A model generated the notes under the pieces. That model saw only the letters and a program-made list of their open reading frames with translations, ran no database searches and was not told the DNA's origin. Made by a program: the position numbers and the translations under genes. 64,000 nt of DNA from Chrysomallon squamiferum (taxonomy: Eukaryota; Animalia; Mollusca), in the NCBI GenBank assembly GCA_012295275.1, contig CM022677.1:15128001-15192000 (forward strand), in the 5' to 3' direction. This document shows, piece by piece, positions 13,499-28,464 of the stretch; the stretch's first letter is position 1; every line of letters begins with the position of its first letter.

Positions 13499-14664
13499 AA
13501 GTGGGTTAAGAGAATTTACATTATCCTCACTTGAAGAAATCACAATTGTTTTCACACGAGTGTTTACAATAATCATGTTCTATGAAAAGGGATATATTTT
13601 CAGAGATAGGTTTGATGCTGAAGTGTGCACTTGTTTAACCAACACAGCATGTTTTTCTGGGACTACCGAGTTCAAGATTAATAAACTGTAATGAAAATTA
13701 TAAACAACATTCACAAATTTCTTCACTGGAATATTTTGATTACTGTTACGGAAATGTGTTCAAAGTTTTTGGTAGAGATGTTTATTGTATTCGTAACAGT
13801 TCATTCAAATGTATCTTAAAACTGCATTAATAATGAAAAATAGTAATAAAAGTAAATAATAATAATAATAGCAATAACAATAATTAAAAACAATAAGAAT
13901 AATATAAAACCATCAACAACAACAACAACAATAATAATCCTAGGAAAAATATACTGATGGCATAACCCCCCCCCCCACAAATGGAGTGAGGAAGACGATC
14001 AAAGAGGAAAAAACATGTATAAGTGAAACAAAAACATGAGAACAAAAAGAAAAAGTATAAAAAAAACCAATGACATTCTGGCTTTTGCACGAGACACTAC
14101 ATAAACTGACACATTTTCTCACAGTCAGTAATTAATCATTCTGCAATAGTAACGCAAAAAAATATTTTAATAGTGAGTGCTATCATCCAAATATTGAATA
14201 ACAGGCTTTGAGATCAAATCCCGGATTAGCCATTAAGTTAGAATACACCAAACCCATTAGCTAACCACCTCATCTTAAAATTAAAATATCCCATAAAACA
14301 GTACAATTTGATTAATAAAGAAAAGATAATTATCAAATAAAATCAAGTAAAAATGTAATGAATTACGGGCACAGGTATACTACAAATTAGTTCTGTTGTC
14401 TTACATTAGATCATCACTGCCACTTCCAAAGTGACATTTACATGTCTTGAGGTTGAGGGTTGTCAAGATTCTCATCATCATCTTCTCAGGTGAGTGAGAT
14501 ATCAGGAACTGATGGTGACGGTGGCAACACACCTGGGTGAGCAGTTGTTGAGGGCAGTGGATGTGCATATGATGAGGAGATCTCGGTGAGCAAATTGATG
14601 TCTTCTCTGTTACAGGCTTTGTAGCCAGTTTTTTTAATATATCTGGCAAGCTTACCTGTTTCTT

Positions 14665-16230
14665 TTATTTTGGTCTTTCTTTGATTAATTTATCGTCCAG
14701 CATGTAAATATACATTATGTCTTGCTCAGTTATAAAACTGCGCTGCTCTAAACCTTTTAGCAGTTCACCTGTCAGCTGAATTAACCGATCAGTAGAAACT
14801 CTTCCTGCTGCATCATCCTCATTTCCATCACTACTTTCTCCTTCACTGGCTTGTTGCTCTGGACTTACAACCATTCGTACAATTTCTGAGTCCGTATAAT
14901 GATGAACAACAGATGCACCGTCATCAACAGTCATCCATTCTTCATCCAGTTTAGATGCAAGATCCTTCGCAGCAGGATTGGTCAGATCACGAGCAAAAGA
15001 CAACAGATCACTTGTATGCTGTTTGTCCTCTGAAGACCTAATTTCTATAAAGATTTTCATCAGGTGCTGTCTCATATGTTAATCCTGGCCACAATTTGTG
15101 CCATCCATGTTTCAGTGTAGCAGGCTCTACAGATTTCCAAGCATTAGCAACACAGTAAACCACATCTCTCATTATATTCACGAATAAACTCACGTACAGG
15201 CTTCCCAGAGTTAACTTCACTCAGCAGGCGCCTCATAAAATGAGTACAATACTTCGACTTTAATGAATGTAATATTCCATTGTCCAGGGGTTGAATCAAG
15301 GAAGTGCAAATAGGTGGAAGATAGATACCGAAAACATTGTTCTTTACCAGGAATTCTGCTTTTGGCTGAGCGGAGCAGTTATCTAAAATAAGCATTATCT
15401 TACAATTACGGTCCAAGCCAACAGAGTCAGAATGAGCTCTTGCTTCGGTGACAAAACAGTTCTGAAACCAATCCAATAACAGTTCAGTTGTTGTCCAACC
15501 TTTTTCGTTGGTAATTTACAGGAATCTGTGTCATGCCTGTGAAAGCTCGAGGACGTAAATTTTCACCGATGACCAGTAACTTACACCTGCGTGTTCATGC
15601 AGCATTGGAGCAGCTCAGCACAGTAACACGGTCTTTCGATGCTTTATAACCTGTCGGCGATTCTGTATCCTCCGCTTTCAGTGTTCTTTTGGGTGTACAT
15701 TTCCAAAAGAGTCTCATTTGCGTTATAGACCTGGTCAGGACTTAAATTTTCATCACTGACCAACTTGGTGAACTCGTCAACAAATGTTGTTGCTGCTTCA
15801 TTGTCAGCTGATCTTTTTTCGCCACACACAGCACGAAACTTTAAGTCATGTCGTTCCTTAAAACGTTGCAACCATTCTTCACTGTAATCGCACTGATGTT
15901 CCAGTCCGAGTTCTTCATGAAATAGTTTTGCTTGTTCCTTCACAAGATCACCTGGCAGTTCGACTTCTTCACTTTCACGCAACTTAAACCACCTCGTCAT
16001 TACTTGATCTAGTTCTGCATTTTTACCAGGTTTCATTGTTTTCCTTTTAAACATCTGTTTTTTCGACTCACTGACAACAAAACATTTAAGTAACTTTTCT
16101 TTCTGTTTCTTTATGTCATAAACTGTCGAAGACCCAACATAATCCACATAAACTTCTCACAGACACGCCATTGTCAAGTCTTTTCTGCTATGGACAATGT
16201 TCGGTGTTTGCGCTTAACACCACAAGAAGC
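14665..16230 (-). mobile_element. Decayed pogo/Tigger (Jerky/CENP-B-like) DDE transposase
   Basis: Consecutive minus-strand ORF fragments: HTH (VGSSTVYDIKKQK), CENP-B HTH (WLQRFKERH..GE), YNANET, LILDNCSA, YLPP..TSLIQPLDNGIL, AWKSV...W.KL. Several frameshifts. Confidence 0.92.
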
Positions 16231-16648
16231 ACTTCTATTGAAAAATGAACTTCTTACAATAAAAATCAAACCGGAAAAGCTTGCCTGTGTTTACAGCTGG
16301 TACCAGTTTGTTGATGAGGAAACAGCGCCTCCAGTCGTAGCGGCCAGCCAACTTAAAGAAAATATAACACAGCTTCTCTAACCCGAACAGAGCGCACGCA
16401 CTGCACGAGGACAGTATCATACAGCACAAGAATCGATCACAGAGTCTGTGTCCTATGTCGTCTGGAAGATCATGAGACTGGGTGTCTCACAATGTTAGAG
16501 TAGATGTTACGTGTGGTAGCTCAGTAGTTACTATATCTTTTGAATCCAATAGCTGTGGACATTTTTCTGAGATGCAATTAGTCGCATCTTCAAATATTTA
16601 AACAGTATTAAAATATCAATTTATATTACAAACAGATTTCTTAATAAG

Positions 16649-17256
16649 CAGGGCTCGAAATGGCCAGTAGCCAGGTCACCAAATGCGACCAAAGTTCGGT
16701 TTAGGCGACTGGGATGTTAGAAATATTTTGGTTCGTCGCCCCCAAAAATATTATTTGGGTGACCTGTTTTTTTTCTAAAAGTTATAATACAAGATAATTA
16801 TTTTATAATAATTTTATCGAAATATTTATTTCACATAAAACGATTGCCCATAGTTTCATAAGTTGGACGTATCGGCTTACATAATTTGCTAACATTTATT
16901 TACAAACAGTACGTTAAAGGATTATCGGTTGGTTAACGGAACAAGTTATCATATGAGATAACATTGTAACTAATTGTTTGCTATTGTTTTTCCTTTTCAA
17001 TTCCACCTTTAATGAGCTAAAGTGAAATCAACGAACAAATTTAGCGAATTTTTAGCGCTTTACGTTAATAATTATCGTTTGGTTAACGGAACAAGTTATC
17101 ATGGAAGATAACTCTATAACCTTGTATTTGCTATTGTTTTTCGTTTTCCCACGCTAAACTTTACTCAATCATTTCACGTTGCTTTCCTTTAATTTTTATT
17201 TCTTTTTAAAAATCCAAGCGTATAATACTATACACTTTTTTTATTATTATTACACA

Positions 17257-17294
<38 letters not shown>

Positions 17295-17603
17295 ATTCTA
17301 TTTTTGTCAAGGTTTGTTTGAAAATGTCTTACCAGCTGATTTGTATAAATAGGACTAAATTTTTGTGGCTATTTTAATTAATAAAGAATTTTCGTATTTC
17401 ATTTTAGATGTTGACAAATTAAGGTAAGCCGATACTTTCAAATTATCGAACTACGAACAAACCTTTTATGTGATGAAAATATTTGCTACAAAATTATGAA
17501 TAGTGGCTCTTGTGTTATAACTTATAGAAAAAAAGAGATGATCCAAAAAATACTTTTTAGGCGACTAAACCATAATATTTGTTTTTTTAAATTTCGAGCC
17601 TTG
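16649..17603. mobile_element. MITE-like element with hAT-type short TIRs and long internal inverted arms
   Basis: CAGGGCTCGAAAT at 16649 and ATTTCGAGCCTTG ending at 17603. Internal arms about 16720-16880 and 17420-17570 are imperfect inverted repeats. Related fragments at about 32530 and 56345-56900. No clear 8-bp TSD. Confidence 0.65.
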
Positions 17604-17880
17604 TGCTTACTGACATAACGTGCATAATCATCAGCTTGAAAGACATTTGTCTCAAGTTGAAAATGTCAGTTCTTCTAGAATAATATTATTTATTCATGTT
17701 AGATACTGTGATAGAATTAACTATGGAAATAAGAACATTTTAAGTGTTAAATCAGTTGTAATACATTTTATCTGGATAAACAAGACTCATTAAAATTATT
17801 TTTATAAAAAACAAAAATGTTGTCATCTGAATTAGGACAGTTATTTCAAAAAATGTACCTGTATAAGTATTATAAGAACA

Positions 17881-17918
<38 letters not shown>

Positions 17919-18499
17919 CTGAAAAAGATATGATATTTCTGCGAGTTCTTCAAAGCATTCCAATGAACAAAGCAGAGAGAACTTGAATGGGTTTTTTCAT
18001 TAGTATTTTTCCTCTTTATGCAGCAGATAATTTGTAATTTCTCCTTCATTTGTATAGAGGACATTTGGGTGGGTGGGTGTGTTTGGGGGGTTACTGGTGT
18101 CTGCTTATATATTTTATTGTTTGTTTACAGCATTAGTGAGAACAAACTCACAGCACTGCAGACTGAATAGACAGAAAAGAAATCAGGCAGAAGAAAATGT
18201 GAAGACAGAGAAAGGATAGTTCAATTTCTGCAACATTTTCCTCAAGATTATGACTAATTTTGTCTGAATCAGTCACAGGATTCAAAGTGAGTTATTTGAA
18301 AATACTGTCTGCATGTGAGACTAAATCTTCACAGGGTAAGAATTCATTTGAATAATGTGCAATTTTTCTAACAGATTAAGTGATATTTATTGAAATCTGT
18401 TCTGAAACATATTTAAAGGAGTAAATATAATTTTGAGGCTGTTGTATTAATTCTTAGATTAATTGATTATATACTGCAGTATGTTTTTGGTTGTTATTT

Positions 18500-20180
18500 T
18501 AAATTTTGTTTTCATTTTATTTTTAAGAAAAAGCTGTCTTGTTCAGTTTCACATTCCAAACAGCCCACTCCAGCCTGAACCAGTTTACTTCTTGTGTCAA
18601 GAAAATGTGGAATTTTTAAAATATGTTCTGAAACTCTGTGTCAGCCAGTCTATCAGCTGGTGAGTCAGTTGATCTGTTAATTAAATAATTAATGTATTTG
18701 TTTTGTGTTGATGTATTTGCTTTTTGTTTTGTTTGTTATTGTGTATGCTATTTATTTTTTTATTTTTTTTGACCTATGTGATTGTGTTATTTTATGTTAT
18801 GTTTTTGAATTTAATTAATCAAACATTTGTGTCTATTTATTTGTTTGAATTAAAGTTTGGCTGTCAGTTTTTCACTGTTTCTATCAAGATGGTTTTAAGT
18901 GTAAATTCAATTTTTAATTCATTGAAAAAGTAATGGAGCATTAGGATAGAATTTGGACAGACAACTAAGTAATGTTTCATGGTCTCAGAAATTCCACAGC
19001 TACAGTTTGGTGTTGTGTTTATTTTGTGTTTGAATTTGATTGTGTTTAGATTGGTGGAGTAGCTGATTCTTAGTAAATTGATTTTGGGTTTTGATGATGA
19101 AAGGTGTAACTAATGTTTACTTTATTTCTTTACTATTTGCTGGTTGCAACATTCACCCACTCCAGTCTTCATTTCAATATGGCTGACTGTTGTTTTAAAA
19201 CTAGATTGTATTGAAAGGTGAGTTTTAAAGGGTTGTTCAGAGCCTAGATCCTTCATGAGATGTTTATTACTGAGAATGGATTTTAACACAGTATTTTAGT
19301 ATCTGTAAGTTTTTGTCTGTATTTCAAGTGTTGTATGTTTTATTCTAACATGAGACTGTCAGGCAGTGTGATGTTTGGTAAAAGTTTTTACAAGATGTGA
19401 TTATCTTCTGTATGTGCTAAATGATTTTCTTGGCTGTTGAATGAATTTCTTTGTTATTAAATGGTTATCTATTTTTAGTGTTATTTTGCTGTTATGTTTC
19501 TTTCTTTTTTTTCTTTATTTTACTTTATTAGAGAGGAGGCATGCTGTCTAAGTGAAATCTTTATCTCTCAGTTTAAAGGCAGTGATTCAAGTTGTTTAGG
19601 TATGTTTGTATTTGGTTATTTAGAGATCTGCCTGAACACCAGAAAGTGAAGACATTGGCAAAGTGTGGTATGTTTATTGGATCAGCTAGATTTTTTGTGC
19701 TGTTTTGTTCATTTGATGCAGTAAAGATGTTGCTGAGATCACGGTCTTGTGGTTGTTTTTTCAGATGTACGTCCTTTTATTTTAACAGATATTGATATTT
19801 TGTTTATGAAGTTGTCATTGATGTTAATGTTAATTAGTTTGATGAGTACTTCCTCCCACCAGACCATAGCAAAGTCTTGTTCCATAATCTGTGAAAACTG
19901 TAATTACTTTTCATTCATTTACTGAATGCGGTTTATGGAATTTAATGAATTGTTGTTCATGTGGTGTTTTGTTCTAAAGCTGTTTTGTTATTTACTTATG
20001 AAATTGTTGTTGTTTAAGTTTTGTGTTTACCAATGTGTTGAAGGTTTTACATGAGTGATATTAGTGTAACTGGTCTGTAGTTGATTGTCAGGGTTAGTTA
20101 GACTAAAACATTTTGCAAGTTTCCAGTCTGTTGGTATCTTACCTGTTGACCAAATTACATTAAAGAGATCAAGTATTATT
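18500..20180 (-). mobile_element. Highly decayed non-LTR retrotransposon (LINE) reverse transcriptase
   Basis: Minus strand 20165-20055 reads NVIWSTGKIPTDWKLAK...NYRPVTLIS, a typical LINE RT start. Degenerate traces of DxxKAFD (about 19880), QGxxLS (about 19545) and YADD (about 19410) follow in the expected order. Confidence 0.72.
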
Positions 20181-21924
20181 ACTAATGGTTTTGACTATTT
20201 TGTATTTTTCAAATTGATTTTTTTTTTTTTTTTAGATTATTATTATTTCGTTTTGTTTTGTATTGTCTTCTGTATTTAGTCCACTACTCAGTGGATATTT
20301 TGTTAGTGCAGTTTTTGGTTTTAGGTTTGTGTTTAGGGCAATATGTGTCAGAGTTGGTTGGGTTTTTTATTTTAATATTTGTTGTGTGTCACCAGTTCTG
20401 TCAGAGACCTCACTTGGGTAACAGTGACTTATTTCTGTCTGTTGGTAGATGCAGCTGTCAGTTGTAATTGTTGTCATGGCAGGTTTGCTGTTAAAGGTAA
20501 GTGTGGTCCAGTAGGTTGCTCTCGCCCCCCTCCCCGTTTATATATGTGTGTGCATATGTTTGTCTGTGTGTGTAATACAGAGACACAATTACATGTAAAA
20601 TTAATTATTATTTATTTATTTGTTTTTTTTTAAATGAAAATATCTATAATCAGCACTATTTTAAAAGCTCAATCAAAGTACAGTCAGTTGACATTTCCGC
20701 AGATAGGTTCAGAAATAAAAAGTAGGTCATATGCAAATGAGGTGTTAGATTGATGGAATTTCATTGGTGGAGACTTACAGACACTGTAATCTAGTGGATT
20801 CTTCAGTTGTTGAATTAGATACAAAATTAGTTGTTGAATTAGATACAGAACAGAACTTTTTGTTCTTGAATTAAATTTGAAAATTGTAAAATTAATTATT
20901 CAGGTAAGAAATTCTTATTATATATTTGTTTTTCCAATGTTTAATTTTGCAGGTAACAGAGACTTCTGAAATGAATAGCATATTTTAATATTTTATTTTA
21001 TTTTTAAATATTTAGTTTATTAAAACTATTTATGAGGATATTATTATTATTATTATTATTTACATTATCAAAATTTTTACAATAATTAGCTTTAGGAATG
21101 ATAAAACGGATTGAATCGAGAAAATTCACAAATGATATGTTTTATTTTGGTTACATACTGTAATAATTTCAAATTCTTTCTTTTCTTCCCCAGCTTCCCC
21201 AGCAGCCTTGACCTTTCTGAAAGGGGAGATAATCGAGCTGAACAACAGGTTGTCACATGAAAGAGATCAGTTAGAAAAACCAACTGACTAAATGTCAGGT
21301 AAGAATTTTTTGTTGTTTGTTTTTGTAGTTTTAGTATTATTTTTTTTATCCTAGCATTAAACTGTGAAATTAAATATCCAGCTCACTTTTAATGTTGTTA
21401 TTCTGGTAACAGATAGCCTGGTTAGAAAATAACATGTTTGACAATAACTCTTGGTGATGATTTAAAGTTATTCAGGCTATCTTTCTGGTAAAGATTTAGA
21501 AAATATTTATGTTAATGTGATGACCAAATTTAAGTAAAAAAAAAAAGTTTTATTTTATTATTTATTAACTTGCTTCCTTTTTTGGTTATTTGGGTGTTTA
21601 TTTGATTATATATTTATGATGTTTTATTAATCAGACACATAGCTTTATTGTCTTTATTCAGATGTAAAATAATACCATATGTTTGCTGTTCTTCACTGTT
21701 TTTAAACACACAATGAAACATTTGTATATATAATGTCAGAAACAAAATGAAACATAGTATTTTGTCTTTATTCAGTTATAAAATTTTACCTTTAGCTTGC
21801 TGTTAATCACTGTGTTTAATGAAAGACGAAGAAATAACTTCTAGAAATTTGTTGAAAATACCAAATTCCAGAAATGAGTAAAGACTTTGAACATTGTCTT
21901 CTTTTTTTTTTCATTTCTGTGTAG

Positions 21925-22016
21925 AGAAGAAGATGAGTTTGAAGACTTGGACAAAAGCAATAATGGAGGAAGTATCAATGAGAATAATACAAATGGCTCC
22001 CAATCTGCGAGTCCTG
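21925..22016 (+). CDS. Candidate small acidic/Asn-rich exon (possible cytoplasmic tail or pseudo-exon)
   Basis: Long T-tract plus gtAG acceptor and GTAATC donor around EEDEFEDLDKSNNGGSINENNTNGSQSASP; parent gene unknown. Confidence 0.35.
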
Positions 22017-22450
22017 GTAATCATTTACTTTTATATTTATTTTTTGACGGTGCAGTTACAGATTATTTTAGTCTGTTTTTGATAGAGATCCAATTGTTTT
22101 AAAAGTTTATTCATTTTAATTTACTGTATTTAATATTATATATAAATAATATAATGTGTGGGATTTTTAAATATTAAATTACAATCATTTCTTTAAATGT
22201 TTAATTTTTCTCATTTACATACCATTAAAAGGAATTAAAAAAAAAGTACTGAATAATCAGTCAATCAGTTAATTTGATTAAATTTGAAAAATAAAATAAA
22301 ATTCACTTCATGTTCTATTTATTCTTTAATTACTAAATAAATAACCATTTATCCACAACATTAAAACTGAGAATAATTATAAATTAACTTAAGAAATAAA
22401 ATATATATATTATTTATTTCTTAGAAATAGGCAATGAAATAAACGCAGAA

Positions 22451-23765
22451 CTTTTAACATTGTGATTAATTATAAAAACTACCTATGTCTTTTAAGACTG
22501 AGATTAATTATAAAAACTACCTATGTCTTTTAACATTGTGATTAATTATAAAAACTACCTATGTCTTTTAACATTGAGATTAATTATAAAAACTACCTAT
22601 GTCTTTTAACATTGTGATTAATTATAAAAACTACCTATGTCTTTTAACATTGTGATTAATTATAAAAACTACCTATGTCTTTTAACACTGAGATTAATTA
22701 TAAAAACTACCTATGTCTTTTAACATTGTGATTAATTATAAAATGTACCTATGTCTTTTAACATTGAGATTAATTATAAAAACTACCTATGTCTTTTAAC
22801 ACTGAGATTAATTATAAAAACTACCTATGTCTTTTAACATTGTGATTAATTATAAAAACTACCTATGTCTTTTAACGTTGTATTAATTATAAAAACTACC
22901 TGTCTTTTAACATTGAGATTAATTATAAAAACTACCTATGTCTTTTAACACTGAGATTAATTATAAAAACTACCTATGTCTTTTAACACTGAGATTAATT
23001 ATAAAAACTACCTATGTCTTTTAACATTGTGATTAATTATAAAAACTACCTATGTCTTTTAACATTGTGATTAATTATAAAAACTACCTATGTCTTTTAA
23101 CATTGAGATCAATTAGAAAAACTACCTGTCTTTTAACATTGTGATTAATTATAAAAACTACCTATGTCGTTTAACATTGTGATTAATTATAAAAACTACC
23201 TGTCTTTTAACATTGTGATCAATTAGAAAAACTACCTATGTCGTTTAACATTGTGATTAATTATAAAAACTACCTATCTCTTTTAACATTGTGATTAATT
23301 ATAAAAACTACCTATCTCTTTTAACATTGTGATTAATTATAAAAACTACCTATGTCTTTTAACATTGTTATTAATTATAAAAACTACCTGTCTTTTAACA
23401 TTGTGATCAATTAGAAAAACTACCTATGTCTTTTAACATTGTGATTAATTATAAAAACTACCTATGTCTTTTAACATTGTGATCAATTAGAAAAACTACC
23501 TATGTCTTTTAACATTGTGATCAATTAGAAAAACTACCTATGTCTTTTAACATTGAGATCAATTATAAAAACTACCTATGTCTTTTAACATTGTGATCAA
23601 TTAGAAAAACTACCTATGTCTTTTAACATTGTGATCAATTAGAAAAACTACCTATGTCTTTTAACATTGTGATCAATTAGAAAAACTACCTATGTCTTTT
23701 AACATTGTGATTAATTGTAAAAACTACCTATGTCTTTTAACATTGTGATTAACTGTAAAAACTAT
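22451..23765. repeat. 38-bp tandem minisatellite, about 34 copies
   Basis: Unit TTTTAACATTGTGATTAATTATAAAAACTACCTATGTC, head-to-tail with no spacers. Confidence 0.97.
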
Positions 23766-23785
23766 TAGCAAGATATCCCGCGACG

Positions 23786-24035
23786 CAGAACTCATTTTAG
23801 CACCATTTATACACGTTATTCTATGTGCCAAAGATACAATGAAGATATATTAATAACAAATTCAGCGACTTAGAACTTATTTTAGCACCATTTACACAAG
23901 TTTTTCTATGTGCCAAAGATACAATGAAGATATATTAATAACAAATTCCGCAACGTATAATTCATTTTAGCACCATTTATACAAGTTTTTCTACGTCCAG
24001 GGCCATACGATGACAAATACACAATGACAAATATA
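23786..24035. repeat. Short tandem array of roughly 85-bp units (2-3 copies)
   Basis: ATTTTAGCACCATTTA.AC...TTCTATGTGCCAAAGATACAATGAAGATATATTAATAACAAATTC repeated. Confidence 0.85.
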
Positions 24036-27000
24036 TTAACGTGGTATTTTATTGAGTTGTCTACAAATTATGTTTTTATGAATACAGTGTGTTTGATATG
24101 TAATAACGAACATTTTGTTAAGAATACCATTATAGTGATGATTTTTACACGGCATAATGGAAAAAGAGTTTTGTAGTTTACATGATATTTTAGATATTCA
24201 GATATTTAGGATTTCTTCGCTAATACAGTTACGCAGATCTAATACTATGCTGTAAATTACAGTAAATGGTGAAGCAGTAATATTAACCGAATATTTTTAA
24301 AAATTCAGCTGTTTCCAGACAAACGTCCTTTGTCTTATTAACATAACCAGATTACAGACGAGAATAAAAGTGAAAAGATGCTGGATTAGGTTGATATAAA
24401 TAAGAAATTATATTGATAATTAGAGTTTATGCCGATAACTTTTATTTTATTAGCAACAGTATAGAAAAAGAAATGTAATCAAGAAGGACATTCCATAATT
24501 TAATGAAGATTCTGGGCTTTTCCTAAAATATAAAAAATTAGTATCACTAATTATGAATATATTCTGTGATGTAGATAATAAAATATAACATTAATTTCCC
24601 ACGTAAACTACATACATTTTGAATTAAATTCCGTCTTACAAAAAATTATAGTGTAAATAGCAGTATTCTTAAATAAAAATATGTTACTTTTGCACAGTCC
24701 TAAGTTATTCGTATAAAAAGTGTTTGTGTTATAAAATAAACGGGATATTTCAAGTTGAAAGTACAAACATAAATGTTAAAATAAAAAAGAAGAAAACGTT
24801 TTTTTCATTGATTCTCAAGTTATCAGAATAGTTTATAGTTGAGTGTGTTAGGCCCTATTAACATGAGCGCAGTGCATACTTCAGTTTTCATTAATAACAT
24901 AATTTATTCATTAATATTAATATCGAAGTCGATTTTGTAGTTGTGATTATACACTGCGGTTCCATAAACAAGAGATTCTCGTGTAATTAACATGACGTGG
25001 ATATAACGGAATATCACATTAAACTTTTCGTCTATGTTTAATAATTCAAAAATTTACTGAGTAACAGTACGCTGTATATTTCTCCAAATTCAGGTATTGT
25101 CCATGAGTAAATATAATTATTTTAATCTACAGTGATTATTTTAATGATCATTTTAGTCTATAATGTAATAAAATGTCTTTTGTGCCTGTAAACTGCAATT
25201 GAAATGTCCTCTGTTTTGCAGTAAAAAACAAAAAGATTTTCCTGTTCAAGTAAAGACTAACTCAGTTTTCACCATTCTTTTATCAGAATCATTTTAACAA
25301 TTTTTTTATTGATAAGTTTTGACCAAAAAATAACTTTATATTTTATTATGGTGAAAGCTGTTTGCCACGTATAATGGAACTGAACCACAATATTTACAGT
25401 TTATTTGCTTCAACCAGACCTGTTTATACTAATACATTTAAATTCAGCGAAAGAACCATAATGTTTTACATTTATATATAGCTCTCTAGTTTATTCCTAG
25501 TGGAATATTAATTGTCTAATAATGTAATTAATTTTTAGGGGAGATAATAGAATATCACTTTCTACAGTTAATTAAGAATTAATCTGTAACAGCGCAGTAG
25601 ATTTACAGAACTTGTATAATAAACAAGACTCATCTCGCCCATCCTCGCCTTTTCACTTTACTTTTAATAATAAAAACGTCTATTAATGTTTCTCTGTATA
25701 CTAGGCTATTCTAGGCTTAAGAAAGATGCACTTGCAAATATCAATAACATGGTGAAGTTAATTCATCTTAATCTAGCCTCTCATCTCTCAACTGCAATTC
25801 TACTATCTTAATAAAAATAAATAAAAAAAATTAAAATAAAAAAAGAGAAAATAATATGCATTATTAAACGTTGATTCATTATTCAACTTGTTAGATACGT
25901 TATACCTGTTAATGAAAAATTAAGCTTATTATTTATTTATTTATTTATTATGCAAAATAAAATTATCTTATACATAATATTACCGCTACGCCTCTGTTTA
26001 CAACATAAAACATGTAACATAAATAGTGATGGCGGTACTGAAGTTGCATATTATTTTCATAACGCCGTGTAAAATTACTCCTACTTAGCTGCTCTTTGAA
26101 ACATGTTCTGTTAATAAAATATCACATTAGTATGGAAGAGTTCTCGATATTCTAATATAAGTCTGGCTGTGCAGACGTGTAGCTGACCGTCTGGATAACA
26201 CGTGTTTCATTAAAAATGTCGCTGGCCAGTTTTGTTCTTCCAAAATAAGTGTCGAGACATGATAAAAATCGTATTTTTGAGTATTTACTGAAACACGAAA
26301 CTTTGACGTACAGTGAAGTTTTCTAGACATAATTTGTGACGCTGAACAGAATTTACGTTCTATGAACAAATAAGATTTCAGTTTTATATGAATAAACTGA
26401 GGTTCAACCAAAAATAAAATGTTATAAATAATCTATGTCTGAAATAATCATTAAGAAACAGTAAGATTTACTTGACAGTAAAGACAATGTTTTAATAGGA
26501 TGAATCAATTTCGTCTAGCTGACTAAAAACATCCTAACATCTCATAAAACACTAGGCCAGGAGGCCAGGCATGTATTCTATGATGTAACTTAAAATTATA
26601 ATATTAACTATCACGTTATTTTCACTCAGTATCAATTTATAATATAAACGTCGCTGGTTTTATGTATGAACGTGAATTACGTCGCCTTTTTTCGAACAGA
26701 AAAATTCGCTTGTCTCTGTGAATTTTAATTTTAATGTCGTTAGCTTTGCAAAAATCAAATTTTGTGATTCAAGTAAACTGTACCTTCTCACGTGTTCAGT
26801 ATTAACAGTCATTTATTTCTGAATTTACAAATCGATTGCTCAATGTCGTTATAAAATGAAAAGGTCAGATCCAGGTTAATGTGGTATTTAATTAACAACA
26901 GAACATATTACACTAAAAAGCTCTGTGTGATGCTGAAAACTGAGATTTTACTTTATAAGAATCAATTTATTTTGTTTATAAGTTGATAATAAATTATGTG

Positions 27001-27471
27001 CAGGTAGATTTATGAAGAGCGCTGTTTTCACAGTTAATTTGAAATTGAACCAATATATTTAATGTTATTAAAAGTATCAAAATTCTTCTGTAAAAAGCGA
27101 TAAATTTCCTCTGGCTGTATCCAAGATTATACTGACAATTATATATATATATATATAATCAATATTTGTTATTCTGCAAAACAGAGGTAAACTTAATAAA
27201 ACATCAATGTTAACAGTGGTGCTGTTACTAAGATAGAACGTAATTTTCACTCAGTTTATTCGTTTAAACTCCACAGCTGCACTAAATAAAAACGTAAATT
27301 CTGTCAAGCAGTCTTAAATATTTGATATTTAAAAAAAAAAATGCGCTGATCCAAATTAAATATGATATTGTACATATAAATTAAATGATTAATCGGTAAA
27401 ATATTGGTTAGTGTATTTACCTTAATTTGAAAAGCTGCTCTGTATTTCTCAAAAAAGAAGAAGAAAAAAAG

Positions 27472-27571
<100 letters not shown>

Positions 27572-27867
27572 AATGTGGTTTTCTGTTACTTATTAATGTG
27601 ATAATTACAAGCATAATATCTAGAACTACAGAGATGCTATAAGATCAATATTCTCTTATTTAGAGATTTTAAAAGAAAATGTGTTTTATAGGAAATGGTG
27701 ATGTTATACAGATAATTAATCTGAAATATAAATTTTCAATATGTCACTGATTAAAATTGCGTAACGCAAATAGATAAAGAAAATAACACGTTATTTTTTA
27801 ATCAGTCATATTTTTATTCGTATACACTTTGCCACGTATTAGAAAAAAAAATATATATATGTATATG

Positions 27868-27914
<47 letters not shown>

Positions 27915-28464
27915 CATCCAAAAAATAGAGAAAAGAAACATTAAGCTTAACCAGCAGCGCAGTTTATACGTCAAAATATATTCATTTCAAAATCGTCCCA
28001 TTTTCGTGTAATTTTTTTTATTTTATTTCATTTATTTATTTTTTTATACATTTATTCAAGATCTGTTTTAGATAAGGTAGACTGTGCCGTAAGCAGAAAT
28101 TCATTAAAGAAATATTTCTCATTTTCTTCTTTCCAGAAAAACAAACATCTTGAGAAAGGTAATTTATTCTTTTGTCACAAAGGGCGTATGTCATTCCATT
28201 AATAGTAAATTTGTGCTAAATAATGTAATCATCTTATAAAATAAAACAAATGTTAGTTTTGTCAGCTTTCATTTTGTTTCTCAAATATTAATTAAATCTG
28301 TAAATTTGTTAAAAATAAGACAATCAATAGTTTTCTCTCCCATGTACATGCTATATTATTACATTAAAGAAACTGTAACAGCAAACATTAGTAAAATAAT
28401 TAATTATTAAACATTTTAGACAAACAGGCTGAAGGAACCACAATCAGCAGCTGCTCACTTAGAA

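Noticed and set aside
14360-16560. Terminal inverted repeats for the pogo element
   Set aside because: CAGGTATAC at about 14372 resembles a Tigger end, but no matching inverted copy was found on the other side.
22451-23765. 38-bp repeats resembling a CRISPR array in unit size
   Set aside because: Units are contiguous with no unique spacers, no cas genes are present and the context is eukaryotic.
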